From: Chloroflexota bacterium
GTDB taxonomy: Bacteria; Chloroflexota; Dehalococcoidia; UBA2979
Direction of reading: 5' to 3'
Length of the DNA: 64,000 bases
NCBI GenBank assembly: GCA_947499615.1
Contig: CANMOP010000003.1
Coordinates: 32,901-96,900, forward strand
Shown here: in pieces, positions 25,654 to 35,925 of the stretch
Layout of the letters: every line of letters starts with the position of its first letter
How positions within the stretch are numbered: the first letter of the stretch is position 1
The notes under the pieces: model-generated
The model's database searches: none
The model's input: only the letters and a program-made list of their open reading frames with translations
Told to the model about the DNA's origin: nothing
Translations under genes and position numbers: made by a program

Positions 25654-28086
25654 ATGGCTCGAACCAGGTCCCGCCGGCCACGTGCGTCATCAGGCGCATA
25701 CAGCACCTCCATCCCCGACCTGATCAGCGTCGGCCGCCATCTGGTGCGTCCCGAGGTGATTGGGACGGCACTCGTCGTCGTCGCCGCAGCGGTTATCCCG
25801 TTCCTGCTGCCGCTCACCGATCTCCTGGCCGGTGCACGCGATGGCCTGGTCAACATGCTGGGCCTGCACGTGTTCACGGTGACGCTGTCGGCGGCCGCAC
25901 TCGGCGTGATGTTGGCGCTCCGCTACACGACGTGGATGCGCGAGCAGCGACGACACCTCTTCGGTGCGCTGCTGCTGATGGTGTTCTCCGCCGGCCTGCT
26001 GGGGCTGTGGTACCCCGCGTCAACCGTCAGCGGCGCGAACCTCGAGCTCCACTCGGCTGGCGGCGAGCTGGGCCGCGCGCTCACCCTGTCTCCGCTCGCC
26101 ATCGGGCTCTGGCTCGCCACGCTCCCGCTCGGCTTCGCGTTGCTGTGGCCGCTGACCGCGCGTGACTTGGCTGGGCGCGCTCCCGGCGGGCTCGCATGGT
26201 CCGGGCGCTGGGCGTGGACCAGCCTCGTCGGCCTGGGCATGCATCGCGCGGCGGGCCGAGGCTTGCGGCAACTCGGCTCCTCTGCGCGCCAGCGGCTGGT
26301 GGGCCCACGCCCCGCCACTGCTCCTATCGCCGAGGGCATCGCGACCATCGCGGGCCCCGTGGCGCCGTCGCTCGCTCCACACGCCGCGGAGGCCGACGAA
26401 GACGCTCCAGCGACGCGTCCGAAGCGGGAGCGTACCGCAAAGCCACCGGTGCAGATCTCGATGGATCTTCAGCGTGGCGTCGAGGAGTGGCGGCACTCCT
26501 CGGACGGCTGGCAGCTGCCACCGGTGAGCATGCTCAAGGCAGCCCCGGCAGTCGTCGACGACGGCCCCGACAACGAGCGGCGCGCGCAACTGATCGTCGA
26601 CACGCTCGCCTCGTTCGGCGTCGACGCTCGCGTGACGCAGATCAACGAGGGCCCGACGATCACGCAGTTCGGCGTGGAGCCCGGCTGGGACGTGCGCACC
26701 AAGGCCATCGTGGAACGCGACGCCAACGGCGCGGCGCTCTTCGAGGACGACGGTCAGCCGCGGACGCATGACGTAGAGGTGTCCCGCACTCGCATCCGCG
26801 TGAACCGCATCACCGCGCTGCAGAACGACCTCGCGCTCGCTCTCGCCACGCCCGCGCTCCGTATCGAGGCGCCCGTGCCCGGCAAGTCGATCGTCGGCAT
26901 CGAGGTGCCGAACGGCAGCTCCAGCATCGTGACGATGCGCAGCGTCATGGAGGCGCCTGCATTCAAAAAGGCGCTGGAGACGCAGGCGCTTCCGATCGCG
27001 CTGGGCTCCGGTGTGACGGGCGAGCCCTCGGTGGCCGACCTCGCGACGATGCCTCACCTGTTGATAGCGGGTGCGACAGGCTCCGGTAAGTCGGTCTGCC
27101 TGAACGCGATCATCACCTGCCTGCTGATGAACCACTCGCCGGAGCAGTTGCGGCTGATCATGATCGACCCGAAGCGCGTGGAGCTCGCGGCCTTCGAGGC
27201 TATCCCCCACCTCGCGTTCTCGAAGATCGTCGTCGATATGGACAAGGTCGTCGGTACGCTGCAGGCGGTGATCCATGAGATGGAGACGCGCTACCGACGC
27301 TTCGCGCAGGCAGGTGTGCGCAACATCAAGCGCTTCAACGAGATCAACGAGCACGGCAAACTGCCGTACTGGGTCGTCGTCATCGATGAGCTCGCAGACC
27401 TGATGATGGCCGCCCCGATTCAGGTGGAGCAGCAGTTGGTGCGCCTCGCACAGTTGGCGCGCGCCACCGGCATCCACCTCATCGTCGCCACGCAGCGGCC
27501 GTCGGTCGATGTGGTGACGGGGCTGATCAAGGCGAACTTCCCGACACGCATCGCCTTCGCGATGTCCTCCCAGGTCGACTCGCGCACGGTGCTCGACCAG
27601 GGTGGCGCCGAAAAGTTGCTGGGGCGCGGCGACATGCTGTACGTCCCCACCGATGCGCAGAAGCCGATCCGCCTGCAGGGCGTGTACGTCTCCGACCCGG
27701 AGATCGAGGCCGTTGTCGGATTCTGGTCGGACGGTCGCTTCGGCGACCTTGTTCCCGAGAAGCACGACGATTTGCTACGCGCCGCCGAGCAGGAGCTCGC
27801 CGAAGCGGAAGCAGCGGCGGAGGACGACGACCCGATCCTCACGAAGGCGATCGACCTGGCCCGCGAGTTGTCGCACGTCTCGACGTCGCTGCTGCAGCGG
27901 CGGCTGCGCATCGGCTATCCGCGCGCCGCACGCGTCATGGACGAACTGGAGTCGCGCGGCATTGTGGGTCCATCCGATGGCTCCGGCAGCTCGCGCGAGG
28001 TATTGGAGCACATCGTCCCCAATATCGAGGATGAGCCGGTGCCGTCAGCACTCACGATCGCGCGCAGCGAGGAGCCGATGCACTAA
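25654..28086 (+). CDS. ftsK: DNA translocase FtsK/SpoIIIE
   Basis: N-terminal TM helices, Pro/Ala-rich linker, motor domain (GATGSGKSVCLN, DELADLMM) and a C-terminal winged-helix gamma domain; start ambiguous (25579/25639/25654). Confidence 0.85.
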   Translation: MARTRSRRPRASSGAYSTSIPDLISVGRHLVRPEVIGTALVVVAAAVIPFLLPLTDLLAGARDGLVNMLGLHVFTVTLSAAALGVMLALRYTTWMREQRRHLFGALLLMVFSAGLLGLWYPASTVSGANLELHSAGGELGRALTLSPLAIGLWLATLPLGFALLWPLTARDLAGRAPGGLAWSGRWAWTSLVGLGMHRAAGRGLRQLGSSARQRLVGPRPATAPIAEGIATIAGPVAPSLAPHAAEADEDAPATRPKRERTAKPPVQISMDLQRGVEEWRHSSDGWQLPPVSMLKAAPAVVDDGPDNERRAQLIVDTLASFGVDARVTQINEGPTITQFGVEPGWDVRTKAIVERDANGAALFEDDGQPRTHDVEVSRTRIRVNRITALQNDLALALATPALRIEAPVPGKSIVGIEVPNGSSSIVTMRSVMEAPAFKKALETQALPIALGSGVTGEPSVADLATMPHLLIAGATGSGKSVCLNAIITCLLMNHSPEQLRLIMIDPKRVELAAFEAIPHLAFSKIVVDMDKVVGTLQAVIHEMETRYRRFAQAGVRNIKRFNEINEHGKLPYWVVVIDELADLMMAAPIQVEQQLVRLAQLARATGIHLIVATQRPSVDVVTGLIKANFPTRIAFAMSSQVDSRTVLDQGGAEKLLGRGDMLYVPTDAQKPIRLQGVYVSDPEIEAVVGFWSDGRFGDLVPEKHDDLLRAAEQELAEAEAAAEDDDPILTKAIDLARELSHVSTSLLQRRLRIGYPRAARVMDELESRGIVGPSDGSGSSREVLEHIVPNIEDEPVPSALTIARSEEPMH

Positions 28087-28356
28087 CCTCCCTTGCAATA
28101 CGTGCGATAATGAATGCAGGTAGACATGGTTGCGAGGGATTAAAGGACTCCGCCGTTGGACAACGATTCTCCGGCTCATCACTCCCCTGCCGCTTGGACA
28201 CCCCGAGGTTACATCCGATAGGCATTGATTCAGCTCCGGCGAACTCAGGGCGCAAAGAGCCCTCGGCAGTACCCCTGTCGGCGACGGAGTTACAGCCTCA
28301 CTCAGGCGGCAGGCACGGCGGAATCAGGAATCCGCTCCGACTCTGGCACTGAACTG

Positions 28357-28396
28357 AACCGACCCCGGTGATCCCGGGGTCGGTTGTTGTCTGCTC
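28357..28396 (+). terminator. strong rho-independent terminator (AACCGACCCCGG-tgatc-CCGGGGTCGGTT then GTTGTCTGCTC)
   Basis: 12-bp perfect stem plus T-rich tail on the plus strand, at the end of a 350-nt gene-free region downstream of ftsK. Confidence 0.6.
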
Positions 28397-28443
28397 GATC
28401 TGACAGGAGTCCGCGGCGCGCCACAAGCGACGGTCACGTGCGC

Positions 28444-30540
28444 TCAGTGCTGCGGGCGACGGGTGCGACCATTGCGAGTCGGCCTCGCGGGGCTCGGCGG
28501 ACGAGTGCCGGGAACATGCTGCGCGCCGCCGAAGTCACGCAACGACTCCGGCGTCTCCGTCGACAGCTCACGACGCAGGTCGATCACCTGGTCGCGCAGC
28601 AGCGCCGCCCGCTCGAAGTCGAGGTCGCGCGCTGCGTTCTTCATCTGCGTCTCCAGCTCGCGCACCAACCTCGCGAGGTCCTCCTTCGGCAGGTCGGCGG
28701 CAGTGGTGTACCCGGACGCCTCCTCCGCGACGCGGAATGTGTCGGCGATGTCGCGAATCGTCTTCTGGATGCCCTGCGGCGTGATGCCGTGCTCATCGTT
28801 ATGTCGCTCCTGGATCGCCCGACGTCGCTCGGTCTCGCTGATGGCGGTGCGCATGGAATCGGTCATGACATCGGCGTACATGATGACGCGCCCCTCGACA
28901 TGCCGCGCCGCGCGACCGATCGTCTGGATCAGCGAGCCGGCGGAGCGCAGGTAGCCTTCCTTGTCGGCGTCGAGGATGCACACCAGCGACACCTCCGGCA
29001 GGTCGAGCCCCTCGCGCAGCAGGTTGATGCCCACCAGCACGTCGTGCACCCCTAGGCGCAGGTCGCGCAGGATATCGATGCGCTGCAAGGTGTCGATCTC
29101 GGAGTGCAGGTAGCGGGCGCGCACGCCCATCTCCAGCAGGTAGTCCGTCAGGTCCTCGGACATCTTCTTGGTGAGCGTTGTCACCAGCACGCGTTCCTTG
29201 CGGGCAACGCGGATCTGAATTTCCGCGAGGAGATCGTCGATCTGCCCATGCGTCGGACGCACCTCCAATGCTGGGTCGACGATGCCAGTGGGCCGGATCA
29301 CCTGCTCCACGATCTGCAACGAGTGTTCGCGCTCATACGGGCCGGGGGTTGCCGAGACAAACACCACCTGGTTGATGTGCGCCTCGAACTCATCGAAGTT
29401 CAGCGGGCGATTGTCGAGCGCGGACGGCAGACGGAAGCCGTAATCCACCAGCGTCGTCTTGCGTGCGAGGTCGCCGTGGAACATCCCGCGCACCTGCGGC
29501 AATGAGATATGCGACTCATCGACGAAGAGCAACCAGTCGTCGGGGAGGTAATCGAGCAGGGTCCACGGCGTCGACCCCGGCTCGCGGCCCGCGAGGTGAC
29601 GCGAGTAGTTCTCGATGCCCGAACAATAGCCAGCCTCGCGCAGCATCTCCACGTCGAAGCGGGTGCGCTCCTCCAGCCGAGCCGCCTCCAGGATCTGGCC
29701 CCGTCCGCGGAACTCCGCGAGCCGCGCCTGCAGCTCCTCGTCGATGGTTTGCAGCGCCTGGTTCAGCCGGTCCTTGGAGGTGACGAAGTGCTTAGCGGGA
29801 TACACGGAGTGCCGCGCCACCTCGCCCAGCAGTTCGCCGGAGAGCGGATCCACGGTGACGATGCGCTCGACCTCGTCGCCCCAGAAGTCGATGCGGACCG
29901 CGAGGTCCTCGTACGCGGGAATCACCGTGAGCGAATCGCCGCGCACCCTGAAGCTGCCGCGCACCAGGCTCATGTCGTTGCGCTGGTACTGCATGTCGAC
30001 GAGTTGTCGCACCAACGAGGCGCGGTTAATGTGGCGCCCCTTGTACAGGTCGACGACGAACGACTCGTACTCTCCCGGCTCGCCGAGGCCGTAGATGCAT
30101 GACACCGAGGCGACGATCAACACATCGCGCCGCTCGAACAACGAGCGCGTCGCGGAGTGGCGCATCTTGTCGATGTCCTCGTTGATGTCGGCATCCTTGG
30201 CGATGTAGGTGTCGCTACGCGGGATGTACGCCTCTGGCTGGTAGTAGTCGTAGTACGAAACGAAGTACTCCACCGCGTTGTGCGGGAAGAAGTCGCGGAA
30301 CTCCGAGGTCAACTGCGCCGCCAGCGTGCGGTTGGGCGCGATCACCAGCGTGGGCCGCTGATACCTCGCGACAATGTTTGCCATCGTGAAGGTCTTGCCG
30401 GACCCGGTCGCGCCCAGCAGCGTCTGCACGCGATCGCCGCGCTCCAGCCCGGTTACGAGCGCATCGACGGCACGAGGCTGATCGCCGGTCAATTGGAACG
30501 GCGTCACAAGCTCAAACGGTCTGCTGGTGGATGTGGTCAT
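28444..30540 (-). CDS. uvrB: excinuclease ABC subunit B
   Basis: 698 aa; [13 protein letters not shown], helicase motifs, UvrB/UvrC-interaction domain ([16 protein letters not shown]); basic C-terminal tail. Confidence 0.9.
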   Translation of the reverse strand: MTTSTSRPFELVTPFQLTGDQPRAVDALVTGLERGDRVQTLLGATGSGKTFTMANIVARYQRPTLVIAPNRTLAAQLTSEFRDFFPHNAVEYFVSYYDYYQPEAYIPRSDTYIAKDADINEDIDKMRHSATRSLFERRDVLIVASVSCIYGLGEPGEYESFVVDLYKGRHINRASLVRQLVDMQYQRNDMSLVRGSFRVRGDSLTVIPAYEDLAVRIDFWGDEVERIVTVDPLSGELLGEVARHSVYPAKHFVTSKDRLNQALQTIDEELQARLAEFRGRGQILEAARLEERTRFDVEMLREAGYCSGIENYSRHLAGREPGSTPWTLLDYLPDDWLLFVDESHISLPQVRGMFHGDLARKTTLVDYGFRLPSALDNRPLNFDEFEAHINQVVFVSATPGPYEREHSLQIVEQVIRPTGIVDPALEVRPTHGQIDDLLAEIQIRVARKERVLVTTLTKKMSEDLTDYLLEMGVRARYLHSEIDTLQRIDILRDLRLGVHDVLVGINLLREGLDLPEVSLVCILDADKEGYLRSAGSLIQTIGRAARHVEGRVIMYADVMTDSMRTAISETERRRAIQERHNDEHGITPQGIQKTIRDIADTFRVAEEASGYTTAADLPKEDLARLVRELETQMKNAARDLDFERAALLRDQVIDLRRELSTETPESLRDFGGAQHVPGTRPPSPARPTRNGRTRRPQH

Positions 30541-30583
30541 GGGTTCCTCGGGTTCCCAACTATTGTACGGAGGAGCGCGCCGC

Positions 30584-31370
30584 TCAGTGGCTCGGCGGCG
30601 CAGATTCCGCTGCGACAGCGCGGTTGCGGCCGGCTCGCTTCGCCTCGTACATCGCGAGGTCGGCGAGGCTCACGAGCTCGTCGCCGTCCCGCGTCACGCA
30701 GTCGGGGAGCGCCGCCACCCCGAACGAGGCGGTGAGCGGGAGCGAGGTGATGCCGTCCGTGAAGACCTGGGAGGCGATGGCCGCTCGCAGCTTCTCCGCC
30801 ACGACCATTGCCTCGCGGACGCCGGTCTCCGGCAGCAGCAGCACGAACTCCTCGCCACCGTAGCGGGCGACGAGGTCGGACGCACGGAGGTTGCCGCGAA
30901 GCGTTTGCGCGGCGACGGTCAGCACCAGGTCGCCGAAGGCGTGGCTGTGCTCATCGTTGACACGCTTGAACTGGTCGATGTCCACCATGAAGTGGGCGAC
31001 CGTAGCGCATCGCGCGGCCGTACTCGATGCGGAGCCGGTCCTCGAACACTCGGCGGTTGAACAGCCCGGTCAACGCGTCGGTCGTCGCCTGCACCTCCAG
31101 CCGTGCGGAGGCCTCCCGCAGCGCGGCCGCCGTGTGCACCAGTCGACGCTCGCGCAGCAGCGCCAGCTGCCCATCGCGTGCAAGTTGCACTGCCAGCGCC
31201 AACGTCACCACGAGCAGCGCGAGGGCCCAGCCTGCTGCATCGACGCCCAGCAAGCGCTCGGCTGACCTCCAACCGGAGCGTGCACCGATGTCCCACGCCG
31301 CGGCCGTTGCCAGAACCGCGACGCCGGCTCCGAGGCCGACCAGCAGCGGCCAACGGTCGCGCAGGCGCAT
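30584..31370 (-). pseudogene. membrane-anchored GGDEF-domain diguanylate cyclase disrupted by a frameshift
   Basis: ORF 30951..31370 holds the N-terminal TM region and the start of GGDEF (DALTGLFNRRVFEDRL...RYGRPL); ORF 30584..30988 continues in another frame (MVDIDQFKRVND...RYGGEEF...); junction near 30988-30995 (cgcccacttCatggtggac). Confidence 0.6.
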
Positions 31371-31993
31371 CAGCCGCGAGCCCGCTGCTCCAGGACGTAG
31401 CGCAGCACGCCCTCCATCGCGTCCAGATCCGGTCGCGCCCGTAGCGCCTCGGTGACGTGCTGCTCGGCTTCACGGCGGCTGTACTGGAGGCCGACCAGTG
31501 CCTCGATCGCGTCGGCGCGCACGTCGGGCCCGACGGGAGCGGCACCGGCGAGGTCACGGTCGCGCAGCAGCGACTCCGCCAGCAGCCGCCCGCGGAGGTG
31601 CGCGACGATCGTGCTGGCCAGCCGCTCGCCGATGCCGGGGAGCTGTCGCAACGCAGCCGTGTCCTCGGACTCGACCCAACGGGCGATCTCGGAGACGGGC
31701 CGAGCGAGCGCACGCACCGCCTTGGCTGGCCCGATGTCCGGCACCTCGATGAACTTCCGGAAGAACTCACGCTCCACCAGCCGAGGGAACCCGAACAACG
31801 TCGGCACCGGCTGGCGATCGTTGGCGTGCTGGTAGGTGTAGACCTGCACCTCATCGCCCAGATGGCGCGCGCTGACCCAATCGCCGGCGAACACCGGCAT
31901 CGCAACCTCGTAGGTCACGCCGGCCGCCTCGATCCAGAGCACGGAGCGGGCGCTGTCCCAGTACGTGAGCGTCCCGCGTAGCGCGACAATCAT
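31370..31993 (-). CDS. ruvA: Holliday junction branch migration protein RuvA
   Basis: 207 aa; OB-fold N-terminus, tandem HhH (VPDIGPAKAVRAL, LPGIGERLASTIV), C-terminal domain III. Confidence 0.85.
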   Translation of the reverse strand: MIVALRGTLTYWDSARSVLWIEAAGVTYEVAMPVFAGDWVSARHLGDEVQVYTYQHANDRQPVPTLFGFPRLVEREFFRKFIEVPDIGPAKAVRALARPVSEIARWVESEDTAALRQLPGIGERLASTIVAHLRGRLLAESLLRDRDLAGAAPVGPDVRADAIEALVGLQYSRREAEQHVTEALRARPDLDAMEGVLRYVLEQRARG

Positions 31994-32586
31994 GCTCGCG
32001 GTGCCACAACTCGGGGTGCGGCCGACATTCGCGGCGCTCGAGGCGCGCGCACGCGGGGCGGCATCGGTGGTTGCGCACCCAGCAGCGACTCCATGCGCAG
32101 CCCAGCCAGGCGAGTCAGCGCCACGGCCAATGCGTCCGAGGCGTCCAGCGAGACCGGCGTCGCCACCGCGCCCAGGTGCATCGCGATCATCGCCTGTACC
32201 TGCGTCTTGGGTGCGGTGCCGAAACCCGTGATCGTCTGCTTAATCGTCGCGACCGGGAACTCGTACACCGGCAGGCCCCGCGTCGCAGCGGCAACCATCG
32301 CGACGGCGCGGGCCTCACCGATGATCATGGCGGTGCGCACGTTCTCCGCAACGAATTGCTGCTCCACCGCCAGCTCGTCGGGGTGGTACTCCTCGATCAG
32401 CCGCACGATCGCGTCGAAGATTTCCGCGAGCCGCAGGGCGCGAGCGGCGCTCGGCTTCGTGCGAACCACTCCAGAGACGACTGCGACGGCGCGTACACCG
32501 TCGCCATCCACGATCCCGTAGCCGGTGGCCGCCAGACCAGGATCGACGCCGATCACGCGGCGTCCAGCGGGCAGTGCGGGCGTCAT
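31990..32586 (-). CDS. ruvC: crossover junction endodeoxyribonuclease RuvC
   Basis: VIGVDPGLAATGYGI catalytic Asp region; 4-nt overlap with ruvA. Confidence 0.85.
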   Translation of the reverse strand: MTPALPAGRRVIGVDPGLAATGYGIVDGDGVRAVAVVSGVVRTKPSAARALRLAEIFDAIVRLIEEYHPDELAVEQQFVAENVRTAMIIGEARAVAMVAAATRGLPVYEFPVATIKQTITGFGTAPKTQVQAMIAMHLGAVATPVSLDASDALAVALTRLAGLRMESLLGAQPPMPPRVRAPRAPRMSAAPRVVAPRA

Positions 32587-32588
32587 GG

Positions 32589-33338
32589 CTAGAGGTCGGC
32601 AGCCGCCAGCACCGCTTCCGGGAAGTCGGCGTTGGAGTAGACCCGCGAGACGTCATCGAGGTCGTCGAGGCGTTCGAGCAGCTTCAGCATCTGGATCGCG
32701 GCCTTCTCGTCCAACTCCACTGTGAGCTTCGGCACGCGCGCGATCTCCGCACGCACGACGGCCAGGCGAGCCTTGCTCAGGGCCTCGCGCACGGCCTCCA
32801 TCTCGCCGGGCTCCGTGAGCACTTCCACGTCACTGCCGTCCACCGAGACGTCCGAGGCACCAGCCTCGATGGCTGTGAGCTGCACTTCGTCCGGGTCGAT
32901 ACCCGGGGCGCTCAACTCGATCACACCGCGCGTCTCGAACTGCCACGCGACGGCGCCGGTCTCGCCGAGGTTGCCGCCCCCGCGCGAGAACGCAGCGCGA
33001 ATGTCCGCAACCGTGCGATTCCGGTTGTCCGTGACAGCATCGATCATGATCGCGGTGCCACCGGGGCCGTACCCCTCGTAGGTGATCTCCATCAGCGCGT
33101 CGGTGTCACCACCGCCCACGCCCTTCTGGACTGCGCGGTCGATGTTGTCCTTGGGCATGTTGCTGTCTTTGGCGCTCTGAATCGCCAGCCGCAGACCCGC
33201 GTTCATGCTGGGGTCGCCTCCACCGTTGCGAGCCGCCATGACGATGTCACGCGCGAGTTTCGTGAACAGCTGGCCGCGCTTCGCGTCGAGCGCGCCCTTC
33301 TTGTGCTTGATGCTGGACCACTTCGAGTGACCGGACAT
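32589..33338 (-). CDS. YebC/PmpR family DNA-binding transcriptional regulator
   Basis: MSGHSKWSSIKHKKG N-terminus diagnostic of the YebC family; classic yebC-ruvC-ruvA order. Confidence 0.85.
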   Translation of the reverse strand: MSGHSKWSSIKHKKGALDAKRGQLFTKLARDIVMAARNGGGDPSMNAGLRLAIQSAKDSNMPKDNIDRAVQKGVGGGDTDALMEITYEGYGPGGTAIMIDAVTDNRNRTVADIRAAFSRGGGNLGETGAVAWQFETRGVIELSAPGIDPDEVQLTAIEAGASDVSVDGSDVEVLTEPGEMEAVREALSKARLAVVRAEIARVPKLTVELDEKAAIQMLKLLERLDDLDDVSRVYSNADFPEAVLAAADL

Positions 33339-33479
33339 TGGCACCCCTCCTGCGAACTGACTGCGGCTATGCTACCAGCGCGAACGGGTGTGCGGAACGG
33401 CACGCGCCCAGATCGATCCACGTGCTCTCTATGCCCACGAGGCTGGCAGCCCCGCGGACGACTCCGTCACGGCACGAAG

Positions 33480-34318
33480 TCATGGCACCAACGTGACGTT
33501 GTCCAGCAGATGAGTGGGCCCAAACCCCACTACCAGCGAGAGCAGCGCCGGCCCCTGCACGCTGCCCTCCAACTCCGCGAGGGAGTCGGCATCGGCCAGC
33601 GAAACATAGTCGATCGCGGCCAGCGGCTCCGCGAGGATCTGCGTGCGAACGATGGTACGCAGTGCCTCGGCGTCCCGAAGCCCGGCGGCGAACGCGTGCT
33701 CGGCGGCACGCAGACCGCGCGAGAGCGAGAGCGCAGCCTGACGCTGCTCCGGCGCGAGGTACACATTCCTCGAGGAGCATGCGAGGCCATCGTCGTCCCG
33801 AATGATCGGGCAGCCGACGACCTCGATGGGGAGCAGCAGGTCCCGCACCATGCGGCGAATCACCGCGAGTTGCTGTGCATCCTTCTGTCCGAAGTACGAG
33901 CGATCGGGCTGCACGGCATTCAGCAGCTTGGCTACAACCGTCGCGACGCCGACGAAGTGGCCGGGGCGACGCGCGCCCTCCAGCACACCGGTGAGCGCAT
34001 CCACCGAGATGCGCGTCGCGTCGCCGGCCGGGTACATCTCCTCGACGCTCGGAATGAACACGAGGCTGACGCCTGCGCTTTCCAGCATCTCAAGGTCGCG
34101 TGCTTCGTCACGGGGGTACTTCGCGAAGTCCTCGTGCGGGCCGAATTGCGTCGGGTTGACGAAGATCGAGGCGTAGACGCTCTCGCACTCGGCCTTCGCG
34201 GCGTGCACCAGCGAGAGGTGGCCCTGGTGCAGGTACCCCATCGTGGGCACCAGCCCAACCGGGCCGCGAGCGTCGCGCCGAGCGTCACGGAGTGCAGCGA
34301 GCGTGCGTGCGACGATCA
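33480..34318 (-). CDS. panC: pantoate--beta-alanine ligase
   Basis: MIVARTLAALRDA...GLVPTMGYLHQGHLSL (HIGH-type motif), ...YFGQKDAQQ; start at ATG 34318; the longer ORF extension lacks homology. Confidence 0.85.
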
Positions 34319-34374
34319 TCGAGCGCGCATCATGACGTGGTGATCGCGAGCAGGCCGAGGCCGCGCGCGAACGC

Positions 34375-35310
34375 CTAGGTGGCCGGCCGACCTTCGAGTT
34401 CGATGTCTTCCATCGCGTCCTCGAAGTCGATGCCCTCGTGGTCCGGGTTGATCTCGCGCGAGTATTCCATCCGCTCGATATAGCGCTGCACACGCTCGTC
34501 CAGCAGATGCGACTCCGCGGCTGCCGGGAAGGAGCCTGACTCTACCGCCTTCCGGTAGGCGACGAACGCGTCGCGGATCAACGTGGCGCCGTCGAGGAAA
34601 CGCCGCGCGTGCTTCGGCTTGAAGTCCTGGAACAGGCCGAGCATGTCATTGACGACCTGCACCTGGCCGGAGGTGTACGGCCCCGCGCCGATGCCGATGG
34701 TCGGCACACGCAGCTGCCGCGTGATCTTGGAACCAAGCGCTGCGGGCACCGTCTCCAGCACCACGGCGTACGCGCCTGCTTCTTCCAGCGCACGAGCGTC
34801 GTGCATGACATGCACGCTGTCGCGTGGGGTCTTGCCTTGCATCCGCCAGCCGCCGAGTGCATTCACGGACTGTGGGGTGAGCCCTACGTGGCCCATGACC
34901 GGAATGCCAGCCGTGACCAACCGCCGCACGATGTCCGCCGACCGGCGACCACCCTCCAGCTTCACGGAGCCGGCGCCGGTTTCCTGCATGATGCGCACAG
35001 CGTTGTGCATCGCTTCCTGCCAGCCAGCCTGGTAGGAGCCGAACGGCATGTCGACGACGACATGCGCGCGCTTCGTGCCGCGGACGACGGCAGCACCGTG
35101 ACGAATCATGTCGTCCACGGTCACCGGCAGTGTGGAGTCGTAGCCCAACACCACCATCCCCAGCGAGTCGCCGACGAGCAGGATCGGAATCTCCGCCTCG
35201 TCCGCGAGACGCGCCGTGGAGTAGTCGTACGCGGTGAGCATGGTGATGTGCTCACCCTCGTCGCGCATGCGCTGGATGTCCGTGACCGTGAGGCGATGCG
35301 AAGCAGCCAT
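34375..35310 (-). CDS. panB: 3-methyl-2-oxobutanoate hydroxymethyltransferase with about 50-aa C-terminal extension
   Basis: TMLTAYDYSTARL, LLVGDSLGMV, VKLEGG motifs; start at 35310 (MAASHRLTVTDIQRMR) abuts the panD stop; acidic tail ...EGIDFEDAMEDIELEG. Confidence 0.8.
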   Translation of the reverse strand: MAASHRLTVTDIQRMRDEGEHITMLTAYDYSTARLADEAEIPILLVGDSLGMVVLGYDSTLPVTVDDMIRHGAAVVRGTKRAHVVVDMPFGSYQAGWQEAMHNAVRIMQETGAGSVKLEGGRRSADIVRRLVTAGIPVMGHVGLTPQSVNALGGWRMQGKTPRDSVHVMHDARALEEAGAYAVVLETVPAALGSKITRQLRVPTIGIGAGPYTSGQVQVVNDMLGLFQDFKPKHARRFLDGATLIRDAFVAYRKAVESGSFPAAAESHLLDERVQRYIERMEYSREINPDHEGIDFEDAMEDIELEGRPAT

Positions 35311-35311
35311 C

Positions 35312-35758
35312 TCAGGACTCCCCCCCGACACGAGCATCACTATTCCGAGCGTCACCGTTTCGAGCGTCACCAACGGTGACGTAGCGCTCGCCAACCTCGA
35401 AGTGGTCGCGCAGATCGACGATGTGGTTCTTCGCGTCCACGTGCACCAGTCGAGGGGCGTGCTGCGACAGCCGCTCCTCAGGCACGCCCTCGTAGCTCAC
35501 GATGATCACAAGGTCACCCGGGTGGACGAGGTGAGCGGCAGCTCCGTTCACGCAGATCACGCCGGAGTTGGCGGGTGCCGGGATCGCGTAGGTGGTCAGG
35601 CGCGCGCCGTTGGTGATGTCCAGCACATCGACCTGCTCCCATTGCAGGATGCCCGCCGCTTCCAGCAGCACCTCATCGATGCTGATCGAGCCGACGTAGT
35701 CGATGTCCGCCTGGGTCACGGTGGCGCGGTGGATCTTGCCCTGCAGCATGGTGCGCAT
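35312..35758 (-). CDS. panD: aspartate 1-decarboxylase (pyruvoyl-dependent) with repeat-containing C-terminal extension
   Basis: [28 protein letters not shown] (G-S cleavage site) ...; C-terminus [22 protein letters not shown] encoded by a short tandem DNA repeat. Confidence 0.8.
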   Translation of the reverse strand: MRTMLQGKIHRATVTQADIDYVGSISIDEVLLEAAGILQWEQVDVLDITNGARLTTYAIPAPANSGVICVNGAAAHLVHPGDLVIIVSYEGVPEERLSQHAPRLVHVDAKNHIVDLRDHFEVGERYVTVGDARNGDARNSDARVGGES

Positions 35759-35925
35759 CAGCGATGCACCGCACGCATGCAGGCGCACACAACGCCCTGC
35801 TGGCCGAATGTGTCTCGGAAGTACTGCAATCGGGGCTCCCGTCTCGGTCAGTTGATCCAAGCGGTAGTGCCGGCTGTTGGCCTTGTTGCGGCCGTGCCCT
35901 CAGTATAAATGTGGTGTACAGCCTG

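Noticed and set aside
19947-27765. Long antisense ORFs 19947..21311 (-), 23620..25452 (-) and 26020..27765 (-)
   Set aside because: Antisense to fabD/fabG, RNase J and ftsK respectively; no recognisable domains; high-GC frame artefacts.
32574-34343. 589-aa plus-strand ORF overlapping yebC and panC
   Set aside because: Antisense to two conserved genes; no homology.
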